Origin: Pirellulales bacterium
GTDB lineage: Bacteria > Planctomycetota > Planctomycetia > Pirellulales > JAEUIK01
Assembly (NCBI GenBank): GCA_019745975.1
Contig: JAIESQ010000013.1
Span: 86,780-150,779, forward strand
DNA: 64,000 nt
Direction: 5' to 3'
Below, piece after piece: positions 34,726-45,111 of this stretch. The notes beneath the pieces were generated by a model. It did not search any database. It saw nothing but the letters and a program-made list of their open reading frames with translations, and was not told where the DNA came from. The translations under genes and the position numbers were made by a program. Within the stretch, counting starts at the first letter, position 1. Each line of letters starts with the position of its first letter.

Positions 34726-36582
34726 ATGACGATCCGCCCGACGCACACGATCTGGTTCGCTTGTTGGGTGCTTCTGGTCGCGCTCGTGGTTCCCTTCGCG
34801 CAGATCCGAGCCGCTGACGACGCCCCTGCCGCCGAAGCGGCGCCGGCTACCGAAACACCAGCCGCGGCGCCGGCCGAGCGCATCGAGCAGATTCGTAGCC
34901 GCACGGAAGCTGCCGTGGCCACGGCCCGCGGCGATCGCGCGCAGTTGGTAGCGGCGTATAAGGCGCGCCGCGCGGAACTAGCGGCGCTAGCTAACGAAGC
35001 CGAAGCCGGCGATCCCTCCAAGCTGACCGTGGCCGACCATCGGGCCTTGGCCGATGTCTACAGTCGCGACCTGCAGCGGCCCGACGACGCGGCGCGTCAC
35101 GCCCAGGCCGCGCTCGACGCGGAGCCGGCCGATCCCCAAGCATGGGCAATACTAATCAATGCCCAGGCATCGAATCCCAACACATTAACTAATGCCGAAG
35201 CCAGTCTCGCCAAGGCGGCGCAGGTGCTCACACCCGAACAGGTGGCCCCGCTTCATGCCGCGATCGCCAGTTGGCAGATGCGCGGCAGGCAACACCGCGC
35301 GGCGGGCGATCACTTGGCGGCGTTTCTGGAACTGGGGCGTGGCCAGCTTCTGGGTCAGGGGCAACCGGCAGGCTCCTATGTGCGACGTGTCGAACAGGCC
35401 GTCGCGGCCTACGGAAGTGCCAAAGCAGAGGACGTGGCGCTCAAGTTGATCGAACGCGAACTGGCGGCACTGGGGACCGACGAGGCCCGCCAAGGCAAGC
35501 TGGCTTCGCCGCAGGTGGTGGCGGAGTTGACGGCCTTGAAGATCAGGCAACTCGTGCGAATGGGTCAGACCGACGCCGGCCGCGCGCTACTCGACGAATC
35601 GCTCCGCAATGCCCGCTCGGCGTACGACGCCGCGCCCGAAGATGCCGCGGCCCTGCAAGCGCTGTTGCCCTTTGCGCGACTTGAGTGGGAACAATCGAGG
35701 GCCAGCGCGCCATCGGCGGACGCGTCTGCTGCCGCCCAACCCGCGCTGTATCTGCAGCTCTTGGGCAAAGTGCTCAAGGATGACAAGGTCGACGCCGCGG
35801 TGCGTCGCGCCACGACCGAAGCGGCATTGGCTGCCGGCTTGCAACTCCTCTCCGACGACAACTTCGCCGATGCTGACGTAATCGCGAAGCACTTGGGCGA
35901 AGCACTCGTTCCCGAAGCCGAGCCGCCAGCGGCCGCCGCGGCCGCGCGCGTGCCGATCGATTCGCTGCAGAACCAGGTGCGCTCATTCATCCGGCGCGTG
36001 GCCAGCGAGCAAGCCCGCATGGCGCTCATTGGGCAACCCGCCTTCCCGCTGGAGACCGATGCCTGGGTCAACGGCGATCCGCTGACCGACGAAGACCTCA
36101 AGGGCAAGATCGTGCTTCTGGATTTTTGGGCCGTGTGGTGCGGACCGTGCATCGCCTGCTTCCCGCACTTGCGCGACTGGCATGAAAAGTACGCCGATCG
36201 CGGACTGGTGATCATCGGCCTCACGAAGTACTACAAGTATGGCTGGGACGCCGCCGCAGGGCGCGGCACCAAGATTGACGACATCACGCCTGAGGACGAG
36301 CGTGGGGCGCTGGTCCAATTCGCCGCGCATTACGAGCTCAAGCATCGCCTGGCCTACATGCCCGAGGGGGCCACGCTTTCCCAGCGGTATGGGGTGACCG
36401 GCATCCCGCAGATGGTGCTGATTGACCGCGAGGGAAAAGTGCGGATGATCCGCGTGGGGAGCGGGGAGGCCAACGCTCATGATTTAGAAACGCTCATCGA
36501 GGAGCTGTTAGCGTCCCCGACGAGCACCGCGGGCAGCGGCAATGAAACCGAGGCCGCAACCCCGGCCGAAAGCACCCCGTGA
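34726..36582 (+). CDS. secreted helical-repeat protein with a C-terminal TlpA/ResA-like thioredoxin domain
   Basis: A signal peptide is followed by an Ala-rich helical region. The C-terminus reads KGKIVLLDFWAVWCGPCIACFPHL...GVTGIPQMVLIDREGKV (WCGPC active site). Confidence 0.8.
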   Translation: MTIRPTHTIWFACWVLLVALVVPFAQIRAADDAPAAEAAPATETPAAAPAERIEQIRSRTEAAVATARGDRAQLVAAYKARRAELAALANEAEAGDPSKLTVADHRALADVYSRDLQRPDDAARHAQAALDAEPADPQAWAILINAQASNPNTLTNAEASLAKAAQVLTPEQVAPLHAAIASWQMRGRQHRAAGDHLAAFLELGRGQLLGQGQPAGSYVRRVEQAVAAYGSAKAEDVALKLIERELAALGTDEARQGKLASPQVVAELTALKIRQLVRMGQTDAGRALLDESLRNARSAYDAAPEDAAALQALLPFARLEWEQSRASAPSADASAAAQPALYLQLLGKVLKDDKVDAAVRRATTEAALAAGLQLLSDDNFADADVIAKHLGEALVPEAEPPAAAAAARVPIDSLQNQVRSFIRRVASEQARMALIGQPAFPLETDAWVNGDPLTDEDLKGKIVLLDFWAVWCGPCIACFPHLRDWHEKYADRGLVIIGLTKYYKYGWDAAAGRGTKIDDITPEDERGALVQFAAHYELKHRLAYMPEGATLSQRYGVTGIPQMVLIDREGKVRMIRVGSGEANAHDLETLIEELLASPTSTAGSGNETEAATPAESTP

Positions 36583-36736
36583 CCGAGCAAATAGCCAGAT
36601 TGGCCGGAGCATTTTGACAACCGCCTGCCGGGCAGATAGTTTGCCCAGAGCGAGCCAGCGGCGGTTTCAACTGCTGCCGCGGGCGCCTCTCCCTTGCCAA
36701 GCCTGGTTTGAATTCATCCGCACAAGGAGATTGACC

Positions 36737-37330
<594 letters not shown>

Positions 37331-37361
37331 GTGTGAGCGCGGCACGTTTGCTTCGAACACA

Positions 37362-37431
37362 AGCCCAGGGTAGATGGTCGTCGCGCGGCGTGGGATCGTG
37401 CGGTTTGGGCCATCTACCCTGGGCTTTTTTT
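37362..37431 (+). terminator. intrinsic terminator after gpx
   Basis: AGCCCAGGGTAGATGG (37362-37377) pairs with CCATCTACCCTGGGCT (37410-37425) and is followed by T7. Confidence 0.7.
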
Positions 37432-37681
37432 GCACACGTCTCGACCGATTTCGACCGCATTTGACCGCGCCGCAACTCCTGACTACGATGGGTTTTCGAG
37501 CAGTCGCTGCCGAAGTCGCCGGCGGCCGACCGCCTCACGGCGACCGCCCTTGCCCGACCGGAACTGGGCGCTGGGACGAGTCGGACGTGGAACCTATTCC
37601 CAAGTTGGCCCTCGAACGAGCCGCGCCCAGGGATGCAGCGCCGGCCGCTATTTCGAGCTTCCCCATTGAGGAGAGTGCGTC

Positions 37682-39337
37682 ATGGCCGCGAATGAGAATC
37701 AGGGACTGCATATTGCCTTGATCATCTTCGTGATGCTCACGGTGCTGTTGATCGCCACGACGTTTCTATTCTTCCACCGCTACAACACGCAGCTCGAACA
37801 ATCGGCCAAGGACCAGACCGACGCCCGCAAGGCGCAGACCGACATGTCGAAGCTGCAAGGAGAGCTCAACGACATCAAGCAGTTGATCGGCTTCGACCCG
37901 GCCGACCCGGCCGACAAGATTCGCACCGAATCGGAGGCCGACTGGAACAAGTACGCCGAAACGCTGCCGAAGGAAAACCGCAGCTATCGCGCGGCGCTAG
38001 GCAATCTGGCCTCGCGCGTGACCGACGTCAGCAAGAACCTCGACGTCACGCAAAAGTCGGAGCAGTCGCTCAAGGAACACAACGAGGGTCGTGAAGGCGT
38101 CAACGATAAGATCGTTCAAGAACACGTCACGGTCGTGACAACCACTCGCGATGACTTAAGTGGCCGCACCACCAAGTTCACCGAAGACGTCCAGCGGCTC
38201 GAGAAGGAAAAAGGGGACCTGGCTAAGGAGCGCGACAAACTGCAAGGCGAGCTCGATGCGCTCAACGAACAAAACAACAAGATGGTGAGCAAGCTCAATC
38301 AGGATATTGCCCTGCTCAACGCCCAATTGGATAAAGCGCAAAGCACGATCGACCGGCTGCGCGGCAAGACCGAATTCGTGGCCGATGGCGTGGTCCGCAA
38401 GGTCAACCAACGCAGTGGCATCGTCTGGATCAACGTGGGCTACGACGACAACGTCCCGCGGCAACTGGGCTTCAGCATCTATGGCATCGAAGAGAACGGC
38501 GGCGTCAGCAAGGAGCTCAAGGCCAAGGTCGAAATCACGCGCATCCTGGGGCCGCATCTGGCCGAAGCGCGCATCCTTGAGGACGAAATCACCGATCCCA
38601 TCGTGCCGGGGGACAAGATCGAGTCCCCCCTGTGGGACCCAGGCAACTCGCAGCGCTTCGCGCTGGCTGGCTTCATGGACGTCGACGGCGACGACCAGAG
38701 CGATCGGGCGATGATTCGTGATTTGATCGCCATGGCCGGTGGCACGATTGATGCCGAGCTCGACGACACCGGCAAGGAAGAAGGGGCAATCACCATCGAC
38801 ACGCGTTACCTGGTGCTCGGCGAGCCCAAGGAGAACGTCGAAGTCAAGGTCGGACAGCTCAAAGCGCAGGCCGAACAGTTGGGCGTTGAGGTGCTGTCGC
38901 TCGAGAAGTTCCTCGAGCACATCGGCTGGCATGACGCCCGACACGTGCTGCGGTACGACGGCACACGTCCGCGCGATTTCAAAGCCCCGGTCCCCGACGG
39001 AGGTATTCGCACGTCGACGGGCTCGGTCACGCAGCGATTCCGGCCGCGCCATCCGCGCGAGCGCTTGAAGCCCGACGCCAGCGCATTTGACGAAGACGAA
39101 GCAGCCGAAGCGCCGGCCACGGCCCCAGCTCGCCCAGCGGCTGCCGACGCCGCCGATGAAGGCGCGGAAGCGCCGGCCGACGAAATGCAAGCCGAAGGCG
39201 CCGCCGACGGTGCCGGTGCAGGGGATGTCTTCGACGAGCCCGCTGGCGATGAACCTGCCGCCGACGAGCCGGCCGAAGACGAAGCGCCCGCCGAGGAAGA
39301 AGCGCCGGCCGAAGAGCCCGCCGCCCCGGGGCGCTAG
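37682..39337 (+). CDS. membrane-anchored coiled-coil protein with an acidic Ala/Glu/Pro tail
   Basis: An N-terminal TM segment (IALIIFVMLTVLLIATTFLFF) is followed by a long heptad-like region and a low-complexity C-terminus. Confidence 0.6.
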   Translation: MAANENQGLHIALIIFVMLTVLLIATTFLFFHRYNTQLEQSAKDQTDARKAQTDMSKLQGELNDIKQLIGFDPADPADKIRTESEADWNKYAETLPKENRSYRAALGNLASRVTDVSKNLDVTQKSEQSLKEHNEGREGVNDKIVQEHVTVVTTTRDDLSGRTTKFTEDVQRLEKEKGDLAKERDKLQGELDALNEQNNKMVSKLNQDIALLNAQLDKAQSTIDRLRGKTEFVADGVVRKVNQRSGIVWINVGYDDNVPRQLGFSIYGIEENGGVSKELKAKVEITRILGPHLAEARILEDEITDPIVPGDKIESPLWDPGNSQRFALAGFMDVDGDDQSDRAMIRDLIAMAGGTIDAELDDTGKEEGAITIDTRYLVLGEPKENVEVKVGQLKAQAEQLGVEVLSLEKFLEHIGWHDARHVLRYDGTRPRDFKAPVPDGGIRTSTGSVTQRFRPRHPRERLKPDASAFDEDEAAEAPATAPARPAAADAADEGAEAPADEMQAEGAADGAGAGDVFDEPAGDEPAADEPAEDEAPAEEEAPAEEPAAPGR

Positions 39338-39369
39338 TCGCTTTCAGCCCCGGACGTTAGAACCATGCG

Positions 39370-41184
39370 ATGGCCCAGGCGAGAATCTTCAAACAGGCTA
39401 GAAGTAGCTTCCAAACCGACATTGAACCGACGTCGGGTGCCACTGCCAGCTCGTCTAGCAGTGCTGTGTCGAGCAATTCACTGCTGGGCAAGCCAGCAGT
39501 GGCACCCAAACCAGGTTTTGAAACTGCTTCTAGTGTAAACGGGACGCGGCCGCATGCGTGCGCAAGACTGATCCTGCGCGGCCTCTTGGTTTGTGCGTGG
39601 TTGGCCAGCGCCACGAATGCTCGCGCCGGCGAGCCGCCCGCCGCATCGGGGGCCGCGCCATTGCCGGCCGCCGTTGCCCGGCAACTTCGCGAACGGCTCG
39701 CATCGGGCACGCTTCGCTGGGGAGGCGACGCCGAAGGGGGGGCCCCTTATCAACTGCGCGATCCGCACGATCCCGAGCGCGTGATCGGCTTCGAAGTCGA
39801 GTTGGTCGACGCCGTGGCCGACAAGCTTGCCCGTTGGCTCGGTCGCCCGTTGGCGACCGAGTTCGTGCAGTACGAATGGACGAGCCTGCCGCTGGGCTTG
39901 GACAAACACGACTTCGACCTGATCGCCAGCGGCTTCGAGGGCAGCCCGCAGTGGTCGGCGGCGTATCGGCTGTCGCGGCCGTATTACGTCTGCCATCAAG
40001 AGCTGGCGATTCGCCGGACGGATGCCGCGCGGATCACGACCCTCGACGATTGCCGTGATCGAACCGTCGGCACCTTGGCGGCCAGCGCGGCTGAACGCCT
40101 GTTGGCCGCCAGCGAATTTACCAACATCGTCGCCTACGACGGGCAAGTCGAGCCGTATCTCGATCTGGAACTCGGGCGCGTCGACGCGGTGCTGTTGGAC
40201 TCGCCGATCACGACGTATTACGGCCGCACGAATCCCAAGTTTGCGTTTCTGCCGGCGCCGCAGGGCCAGGTCGAATATGTGCTGGCGGTTGCCCGCGGCG
40301 ACGAAGCGCTGGCGGCGGCGCTCGACGTGGCCCTGGGTGAAGTGATTCGCAACGGCCAGCTTCGCGAGATTCTCAGGCGCTGGCGGTTGTGGAATCCGGC
40401 GCAGGCGGCGCTGGCGCGGCCCCCCAATCGCGAGGCGGAATTGGCAGGGCTGGGCTTCGATGCGGCGGGCCAACCGCTGGCCGGTATGTCCGATCCGCCG
40501 AGCGATGCGATCGACGTGAACCTCGTGGCCGCCTCGGCCAAGGCATGGACCTTTTCGCAGTACGCGCCGCTGCTCTTGGCGGCCGCCGGCACCACGGTGG
40601 CGCTCTCGGTCACGAGCATGGCGCTGGCGATGGCTGGCGGATTGGTGGTGAGCTTGTGCCGGCTGTACGGGCCGCGACCGCTACAAGCCGCGGCCTTGGG
40701 CTACGTCGAGTTCTTTCGCGGTATTCCGCTGCTCTTGGTGTTGTTCTTCCTCTACTTCGGACTGGCGCACTACGGTGTCGACCTGCCGGCGACGCGCACC
40801 GCGGTGCTCGGCTTCGGGCTGACGTACGCGGCGTACGAAGCCGAAGTTTATCGCAGCGCCATCCGCTCGGTGCCGCGCGGCCAGTGGGAAGCGGCGCTGG
40901 CGCTGGGGATGTCGGGGCCGCAAGCGTTCCGCAAGGTGATCTTTCCGCAGGCGCTGCGCACGGCGCTGGCGCCGATGACGAACGACTTCGTCGCCCTCTT
41001 CAAAGACACGAGCCTGGTGAGCGTGATCGCCGTGCGCGAGCTGACCAAAGAGTACCTGATCCTGTCGCGATCGAGCCTGAAGTTCGTCGAGCTGGGGCTC
41101 TTGACCGCCGCGCTCTACCTGGCGATGTCGATCCCGCTGGGGTACCTGTCGCGCTGGCTGGAACGGCGCTGGGGGGCGGCGTGA
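39370..41184 (+). CDS. fused amino-acid ABC transporter substrate-binding domain + permease
   Basis: The type 3 SBP-like part is LRWGGDAEGGAPYQL...GFEVELVDAVA...FDLIASGF. The permease part has the EAA-like loop YAAYEAEVYRSAIRSVPRGQWEAALALGMS. The start is problematic (see findings). Confidence 0.8.
   Translation: MAQARIFKQARSSFQTDIEPTSGATASSSSSAVSSNSLLGKPAVAPKPGFETASSVNGTRPHACARLILRGLLVCAWLASATNARAGEPPAASGAAPLPAAVARQLRERLASGTLRWGGDAEGGAPYQLRDPHDPERVIGFEVELVDAVADKLARWLGRPLATEFVQYEWTSLPLGLDKHDFDLIASGFEGSPQWSAAYRLSRPYYVCHQELAIRRTDAARITTLDDCRDRTVGTLAASAAERLLAASEFTNIVAYDGQVEPYLDLELGRVDAVLLDSPITTYYGRTNPKFAFLPAPQGQVEYVLAVARGDEALAAALDVALGEVIRNGQLREILRRWRLWNPAQAALARPPNREAELAGLGFDAAGQPLAGMSDPPSDAIDVNLVAASAKAWTFSQYAPLLLAAAGTTVALSVTSMALAMAGGLVVSLCRLYGPRPLQAAALGYVEFFRGIPLLLVLFFLYFGLAHYGVDLPATRTAVLGFGLTYAAYEAEVYRSAIRSVPRGQWEAALALGMSGPQAFRKVIFPQALRTALAPMTNDFVALFKDTSLVSVIAVRELTKEYLILSRSSLKFVELGLLTAALYLAMSIPLGYLSRWLERRWGAA
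39398..39533. repeat. REPIN-like composite element (family 1), copy 2
   Basis: By my hand alignment it is about 88% identical to 32743-32879 over the full length, with the same terminal repeats. It lies inside the 5' end of the ABC ORF. Confidence 0.85.
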
Positions 41185-41185
41185 G

Positions 41186-42040
41186 CTACCCCGCCGCTTT
41201 GCGGGCGCCGTCGGAGGCCGCGGCCAGGCACGCGCGGATGTCGTCGAGCGGGTTCTCGGGCTTCTCCTCGTACTCAAGCGCCAGGCAGGCGTCGGCCGGG
41301 TAGTTCACCTTCTTCAATGCCTTGAAGACGCCGACGATGTCCAAGTGACCCTGGCCGAGGATCACGCCGTGCGTTTGCGATTTCTGCTCGGCGAAATCCT
41401 TGAGATGGATGCCGAACAGCCGCCCTTCGAGCAGGTTGATCACGCGCACGGGGTCTTCGGCCGAACGGATGTAGTGCCCCAGGTCGGCGCAGGCGCCAAT
41501 GTTGGGATGGCGCCCTTTAACGGCGTTGAGCACGTCGGCCACTTTGTTGTACTCGGCGCCGGGGCCGTGATTGTGGATGGCGATGCGGATGTCGTACTCG
41601 GCGACCAGCTTGTCGAGGCTGTCGAAGGAGTCCTCACTGGGATTGGCCGTGATATTGCGGATGCCGGCCCGCTTGGCGAACTCGAACCAGCGGCGGTTGG
41701 CTTCGTGATCCTTGGTGAAGGGGTTCACGCCGTGGGCGAGCGGCTGAATGGCAAGCGACTTGAGACGCGACTTCATGGCGTCGATCTCGTCGGCCGACGA
41801 CTTGCTCGGGAAGTGGGCCTCGAACAGTTCGACCGAGTGCAGCCCTAGCTCCTTGACGTAGTCGAGCGCCTGCTCGGCGCCGAAGCCGCGCAGCGAATAG
41901 GTCTGCAGGCCCATGAGGAAGCCGCCGTACTTGCTGGTGTCGGGCTCGGCGGCGCGGACGAGTCTAGTGCGCGTAGCGAATGTCGTGGCGGCGGCGGCGC
42001 CAGCGGCCAGAAACGTGCGGCGAGTGAGGTTGGTTGACAT
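41186..42040 (-). CDS. xylose-isomerase-like TIM-barrel (sugar phosphate isomerase/epimerase) protein with a TAT signal
   Basis: The twin-arginine N-terminus is TRRTFLAAGAAAA, and the AP-endonuclease-2/TIM-barrel pattern includes IAIHNHG and HLKD. Confidence 0.7.
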   Translation of the reverse strand: MSTNLTRRTFLAAGAAAATTFATRTRLVRAAEPDTSKYGGFLMGLQTYSLRGFGAEQALDYVKELGLHSVELFEAHFPSKSSADEIDAMKSRLKSLAIQPLAHGVNPFTKDHEANRRWFEFAKRAGIRNITANPSEDSFDSLDKLVAEYDIRIAIHNHGPGAEYNKVADVLNAVKGRHPNIGACADLGHYIRSAEDPVRVINLLEGRLFGIHLKDFAEQKSQTHGVILGQGHLDIVGVFKALKKVNYPADACLALEYEEKPENPLDDIRACLAAASDGARKAAG

Positions 42041-42164
42041 GTGCTAAGCTCCGACAGGCGGCGTGTTGGATTTGATCAATCGTAGTCGCCGACCATGATA
42101 GTGCCGCGCGTTGTCGAATGCACGATGGTGCGGCCGCCTCCCTGCGAACTGCAAAGCCAAGCGG

Positions 42165-42566
42165 CTACTGCCGTGGGACAGGAAAATTCCGCGACGCGTG
42201 GTCCAGCGACGGATGGTCTACCCGCGAAACGATCCCCTCGGCGACCAACCGCTCGAAGGCGTGCGCCAGGCTCGGTGGGTCGGCAGCTTCTTGTTCCCAG
42301 TGCGCGTACGTCGCTTCGTCGCACCACGCGCGCAGCTTGGGCATCGCCCGCAGGTGCGCGCCCAGATTGCGAAAGTCACGCATCGCTTGCTCGCTTCGCC
42401 AGACAGTGATTGTCCAGAAAGTCAGGCGGGCGTCGCCGTAGACGGCCGTGCCGAGGTTGCCTGCCGCGCGGCGCGCCTGGCCGCGCGACCGCAAGGTGAA
42501 GTAGAAGAACGCCGCCAAGTAGCGGAGCTTTCTGATCCGCAGCCGGGTAACCGAGACGAAGTACAT
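42165..42566 (-). CDS. small ABM-fold/DUF3291-like protein
   Basis: MYFVSVTRLRIRKLRYLAAFF...WTITVWRSEQAMRDF resembles DUF3291-type proteins. The assignment is from memory only. Confidence 0.4.
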   Translation of the reverse strand: MYFVSVTRLRIRKLRYLAAFFYFTLRSRGQARRAAGNLGTAVYGDARLTFWTITVWRSEQAMRDFRNLGAHLRAMPKLRAWCDEATYAHWEQEAADPPSLAHAFERLVAEGIVSRVDHPSLDHASRNFPVPRQ

Positions 42567-42659
42567 CGCGCGGCCTCAGCGGGCGGGGGCAAAAACGAAG
42601 CGCACCCACAGCGAACGAAACCGGCGACGCGTCACCCCAACCGCGATATCCCAACCGCG

Positions 42660-43769
42660 TTAGCCCCAGGCCGGGTTCAGCTTCAGCGTGAACTGGTTCT
42701 GCGGATCGGTTTTGTAAGCGTCGAGCGAGGGAGAGTAGGCCTTGATCTGCACGGTTTCACGGTCGGGCAAGAACTCGACCAAGCGCAGAAAGCCTTCGCC
42801 TCCTTCCTTCTTCATCTGATAGTTGACCAGCAGTTCGTGGACATGATTACCCGCGGGCGTGGCGGTCGTTTGCCGGCCCAGACCATCCTGCAGCACATGG
42901 CCGTTGAGGGTCATGAAGAAGTTGTCGTGGCGGGCGATCATCTTGTCCCAGAGCTGCTGCCCGTCGTTGACACCGCCGGCGAGCCTGGCCGTGCCATAGG
43001 AGTGGGGGTTCCAGGTCTGCTTCTTGCCGTACTTGGTCCAGTCATAGCGGGTGTCGTCGTAATACATGTAGGCATGCGTGGTGAGCAGCACCTTGTGATC
43101 GGGGTGCGCGGCCACGACTTTTTCGGCCCATTCGACCGGCGCGTCGCGCGGGCCCCATTCGAGCGCGAGCACGAGCACCTTCTGGCCGTGCGCGGTGAAC
43201 TTGTGAAAGCTGTTGTCGAGGCGCGTTTCGTCGAGCAGCCCGCCGAGCGCCGGGCTCTTGCACGCATCGGTCAGCGTGAAGTACTCGTTCAGGTAGGTGT
43301 CGCGCGTGGTGGCGTTACCCCCCGGCCCGCAGTCGTGATTGCCGTAGGCCAGCGAGTAAGAGACTTCGCCGTCGAGCGTGCGCATCGCTTTCTGGGCGAC
43401 GGTCCATTGCTCGGGCGTGTTGCGATTGGTGATGTCGCCCAGGTGCACGACAAACTGAATGTCGTGCTTCGCTTTGTTCTTGGCGATCCATTCCGTCTGA
43501 CGGTAAAAGTGGTCGGGCCAGCGCTCGCAGTAGACCTGCGTGTCGGGCAATGCCGCGATCGTCCACGAACCCTCGACGAATGGCAAAGGCTCGGCGACGT
43601 TTTCGTCGCCGGGGGCCCGCCGCAGGGGCGTGGTATCGGCGGCCCGCAGCCACCGCGGGGAAAGCCCGGCACCTAGGCCCACGAGCCCGCCGACCGCCAG
43701 CCGATTGATGTCACGTCGCGTGAAACGCGAGTCGCTCATGGCATGCTCCCCCAACGGTTGTTCAAGCAA
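42660..43769 (-). CDS. calcineurin-like metallophosphoesterase with a TAT signal
   Basis: The N-terminus is RRDINRLAVGGLVGLGAG, and the motifs are VVHLGDITN, YGNHD and LTTHAY. Confidence 0.8.
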   Translation of the reverse strand: MLEQPLGEHAMSDSRFTRRDINRLAVGGLVGLGAGLSPRWLRAADTTPLRRAPGDENVAEPLPFVEGSWTIAALPDTQVYCERWPDHFYRQTEWIAKNKAKHDIQFVVHLGDITNRNTPEQWTVAQKAMRTLDGEVSYSLAYGNHDCGPGGNATTRDTYLNEYFTLTDACKSPALGGLLDETRLDNSFHKFTAHGQKVLVLALEWGPRDAPVEWAEKVVAAHPDHKVLLTTHAYMYYDDTRYDWTKYGKKQTWNPHSYGTARLAGGVNDGQQLWDKMIARHDNFFMTLNGHVLQDGLGRQTTATPAGNHVHELLVNYQMKKEGGEGFLRLVEFLPDRETVQIKAYSPSLDAYKTDPQNQFTLKLNPAWG

Positions 43770-43785
43770 ATCGCCGCTGATAATT

Positions 43786-43892
43786 GTTAGCCGCGGAGCT
43801 TGCTCCGCGCGCTAGCTCGTCCGACCAAAATCGATGCGAGCTTCCGAGACAACATTGCACAGCTAGCGCGCGGGATAAATCCCGCGGCTAAC
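43786..43892. repeat. 107-bp nested inverted repeat
   Basis: GTTAGCCGCGG (43786-43796) pairs with CCGCGGCTAAC (43882-43892), and GCGCGCTAGCT (43807-43817) pairs with AGCTAGCGCGC (43861-43871). Confidence 0.6.
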
Positions 43893-43914
43893 AGAATGCG
43901 TGCCGATCGAAACA

Positions 43915-45111
43915 CTATTTTCGCGCCCGCTTGTGGCGTAGCGGCGTCCATGCGCCGGCCGCCTTGCTGCTGGCGACGCACTGCTGGATGAAGTACATCC
44001 CTTCGACGCCGTCGTTGATATTCGGATAGATCGTGGCCACGCGTTCGATCTTCTCGCCGGTCGCCCGGGCGACCATCGCGTCGTAGGCGAAGCGATAAAT
44101 GTTGGCGAACGCCTCGAAGAAGGCCTCGGGGTGGCCCGCCGGCAAGCGGCAGCTCGCCTTGGCCGTCTCGTGCAACCAGGCGACATTCGGATCGCGCGTG
44201 TACATTGCGTGCGGCTGGCCATTGCGGCGGAACCAGAGCACATTCGGCTCTTCCTGGCGCCACTGGATGGCCCCCTTGGTGCCATCGACTTCGATCGAAA
44301 TATCGTTCTCGCGGCCGTGGCTGATCTGCGAGGCGGTCACCGTGCCCAGCGCGCCGTTTTCAAAGCGAATCACCGCGTGGCCGTAGTCGTCGAGCGCTCG
44401 GCCCGACTCGAACGTTTTCAGGTTGCAGCTCACATCGACAGGCAGCAGGCCGGTGATGTAGCGCCCCAGGTTGTACGCGTGCGTGCCGATGTCGCCGAAG
44501 CAGCCGGCCGCGCCGCTGCGGGCCGGATCGGTCCGCCAGGCCGCCTGCTTCTGATCGTCCTTTTCGATGCGGCTGCGCAGCCAACCCTGAATGTAGTTGG
44601 CGCGAATCGCCTGAATCTCGCCCAGCTCGCCGGCGGCCACCATTTCGCGCGCCTGCCGCACAAGGGGGTAGCCGGTGTAGTTGTGCGTGACGGCGAAGAC
44701 TACGCCCGAGCGATCGACGGCCTCGGCCAAGTCTTCGGCCTGCTTGAGGTCGAAGGTCATGGGCTTGTCGCAGAGCACGTTGAAGCCGGCCTCGACGGCG
44801 GCCTTGGCGATTTCGTAGTGCGTGTGGTTGGGCGTGGCCACCGTGACAAAATCGATGCGCTCGCCTTCGGGGAGCTTCTTCTCGCTGTCGATCAGTTCGC
44901 GATACGAGCCGTACGCCCGCGCCGGCGGAATGTCGTAGTCGGGCGCCGAGGCTTTGGCCTTGGCCGGATCGCTCGACAACGCGCCCGCGACCAGCGCCGC
45001 GCGGTTATCGAGCACCGCCGCCGTGGCGTGCACGCGGCCGATGAACGCTCCCTGGCCGCCGCCGACCAGGGCCATGCGAAGTTTGCGTCCCAGTTTTCCG
45101 TTGGTGGACAT
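43915..45111 (-). CDS. Gfo/Idh/MocA-family NAD(P)-dependent oxidoreductase
   Basis: The start is [28 protein letters not shown] at 45111 (Rossmann GxGxxG), and EKP-like CDKPM is present. The upstream 92 codons of the track ORF were rejected. Confidence 0.85.
   Translation of the reverse strand: MSTNGKLGRKLRMALVGGGQGAFIGRVHATAAVLDNRAALVAGALSSDPAKAKASAPDYDIPPARAYGSYRELIDSEKKLPEGERIDFVTVATPNHTHYEIAKAAVEAGFNVLCDKPMTFDLKQAEDLAEAVDRSGVVFAVTHNYTGYPLVRQAREMVAAGELGEIQAIRANYIQGWLRSRIEKDDQKQAAWRTDPARSGAAGCFGDIGTHAYNLGRYITGLLPVDVSCNLKTFESGRALDDYGHAVIRFENGALGTVTASQISHGRENDISIEVDGTKGAIQWRQEEPNVLWFRRNGQPHAMYTRDPNVAWLHETAKASCRLPAGHPEAFFEAFANIYRFAYDAMVARATGEKIERVATIYPNINDGVEGMYFIQQCVASSKAAGAWTPLRHKRARK

Noticed and set aside
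38156-40473. ORFs 38156..39190 (-) and 39478..40473 (-)
   Set aside because: They are antisense to the coiled-coil protein gene and the ABC transporter gene.
42111-43676. 521-aa plus-strand ORF
   Set aside because: It is antisense to the DUF3291-like and metallophosphoesterase genes and has no recognisable motifs.
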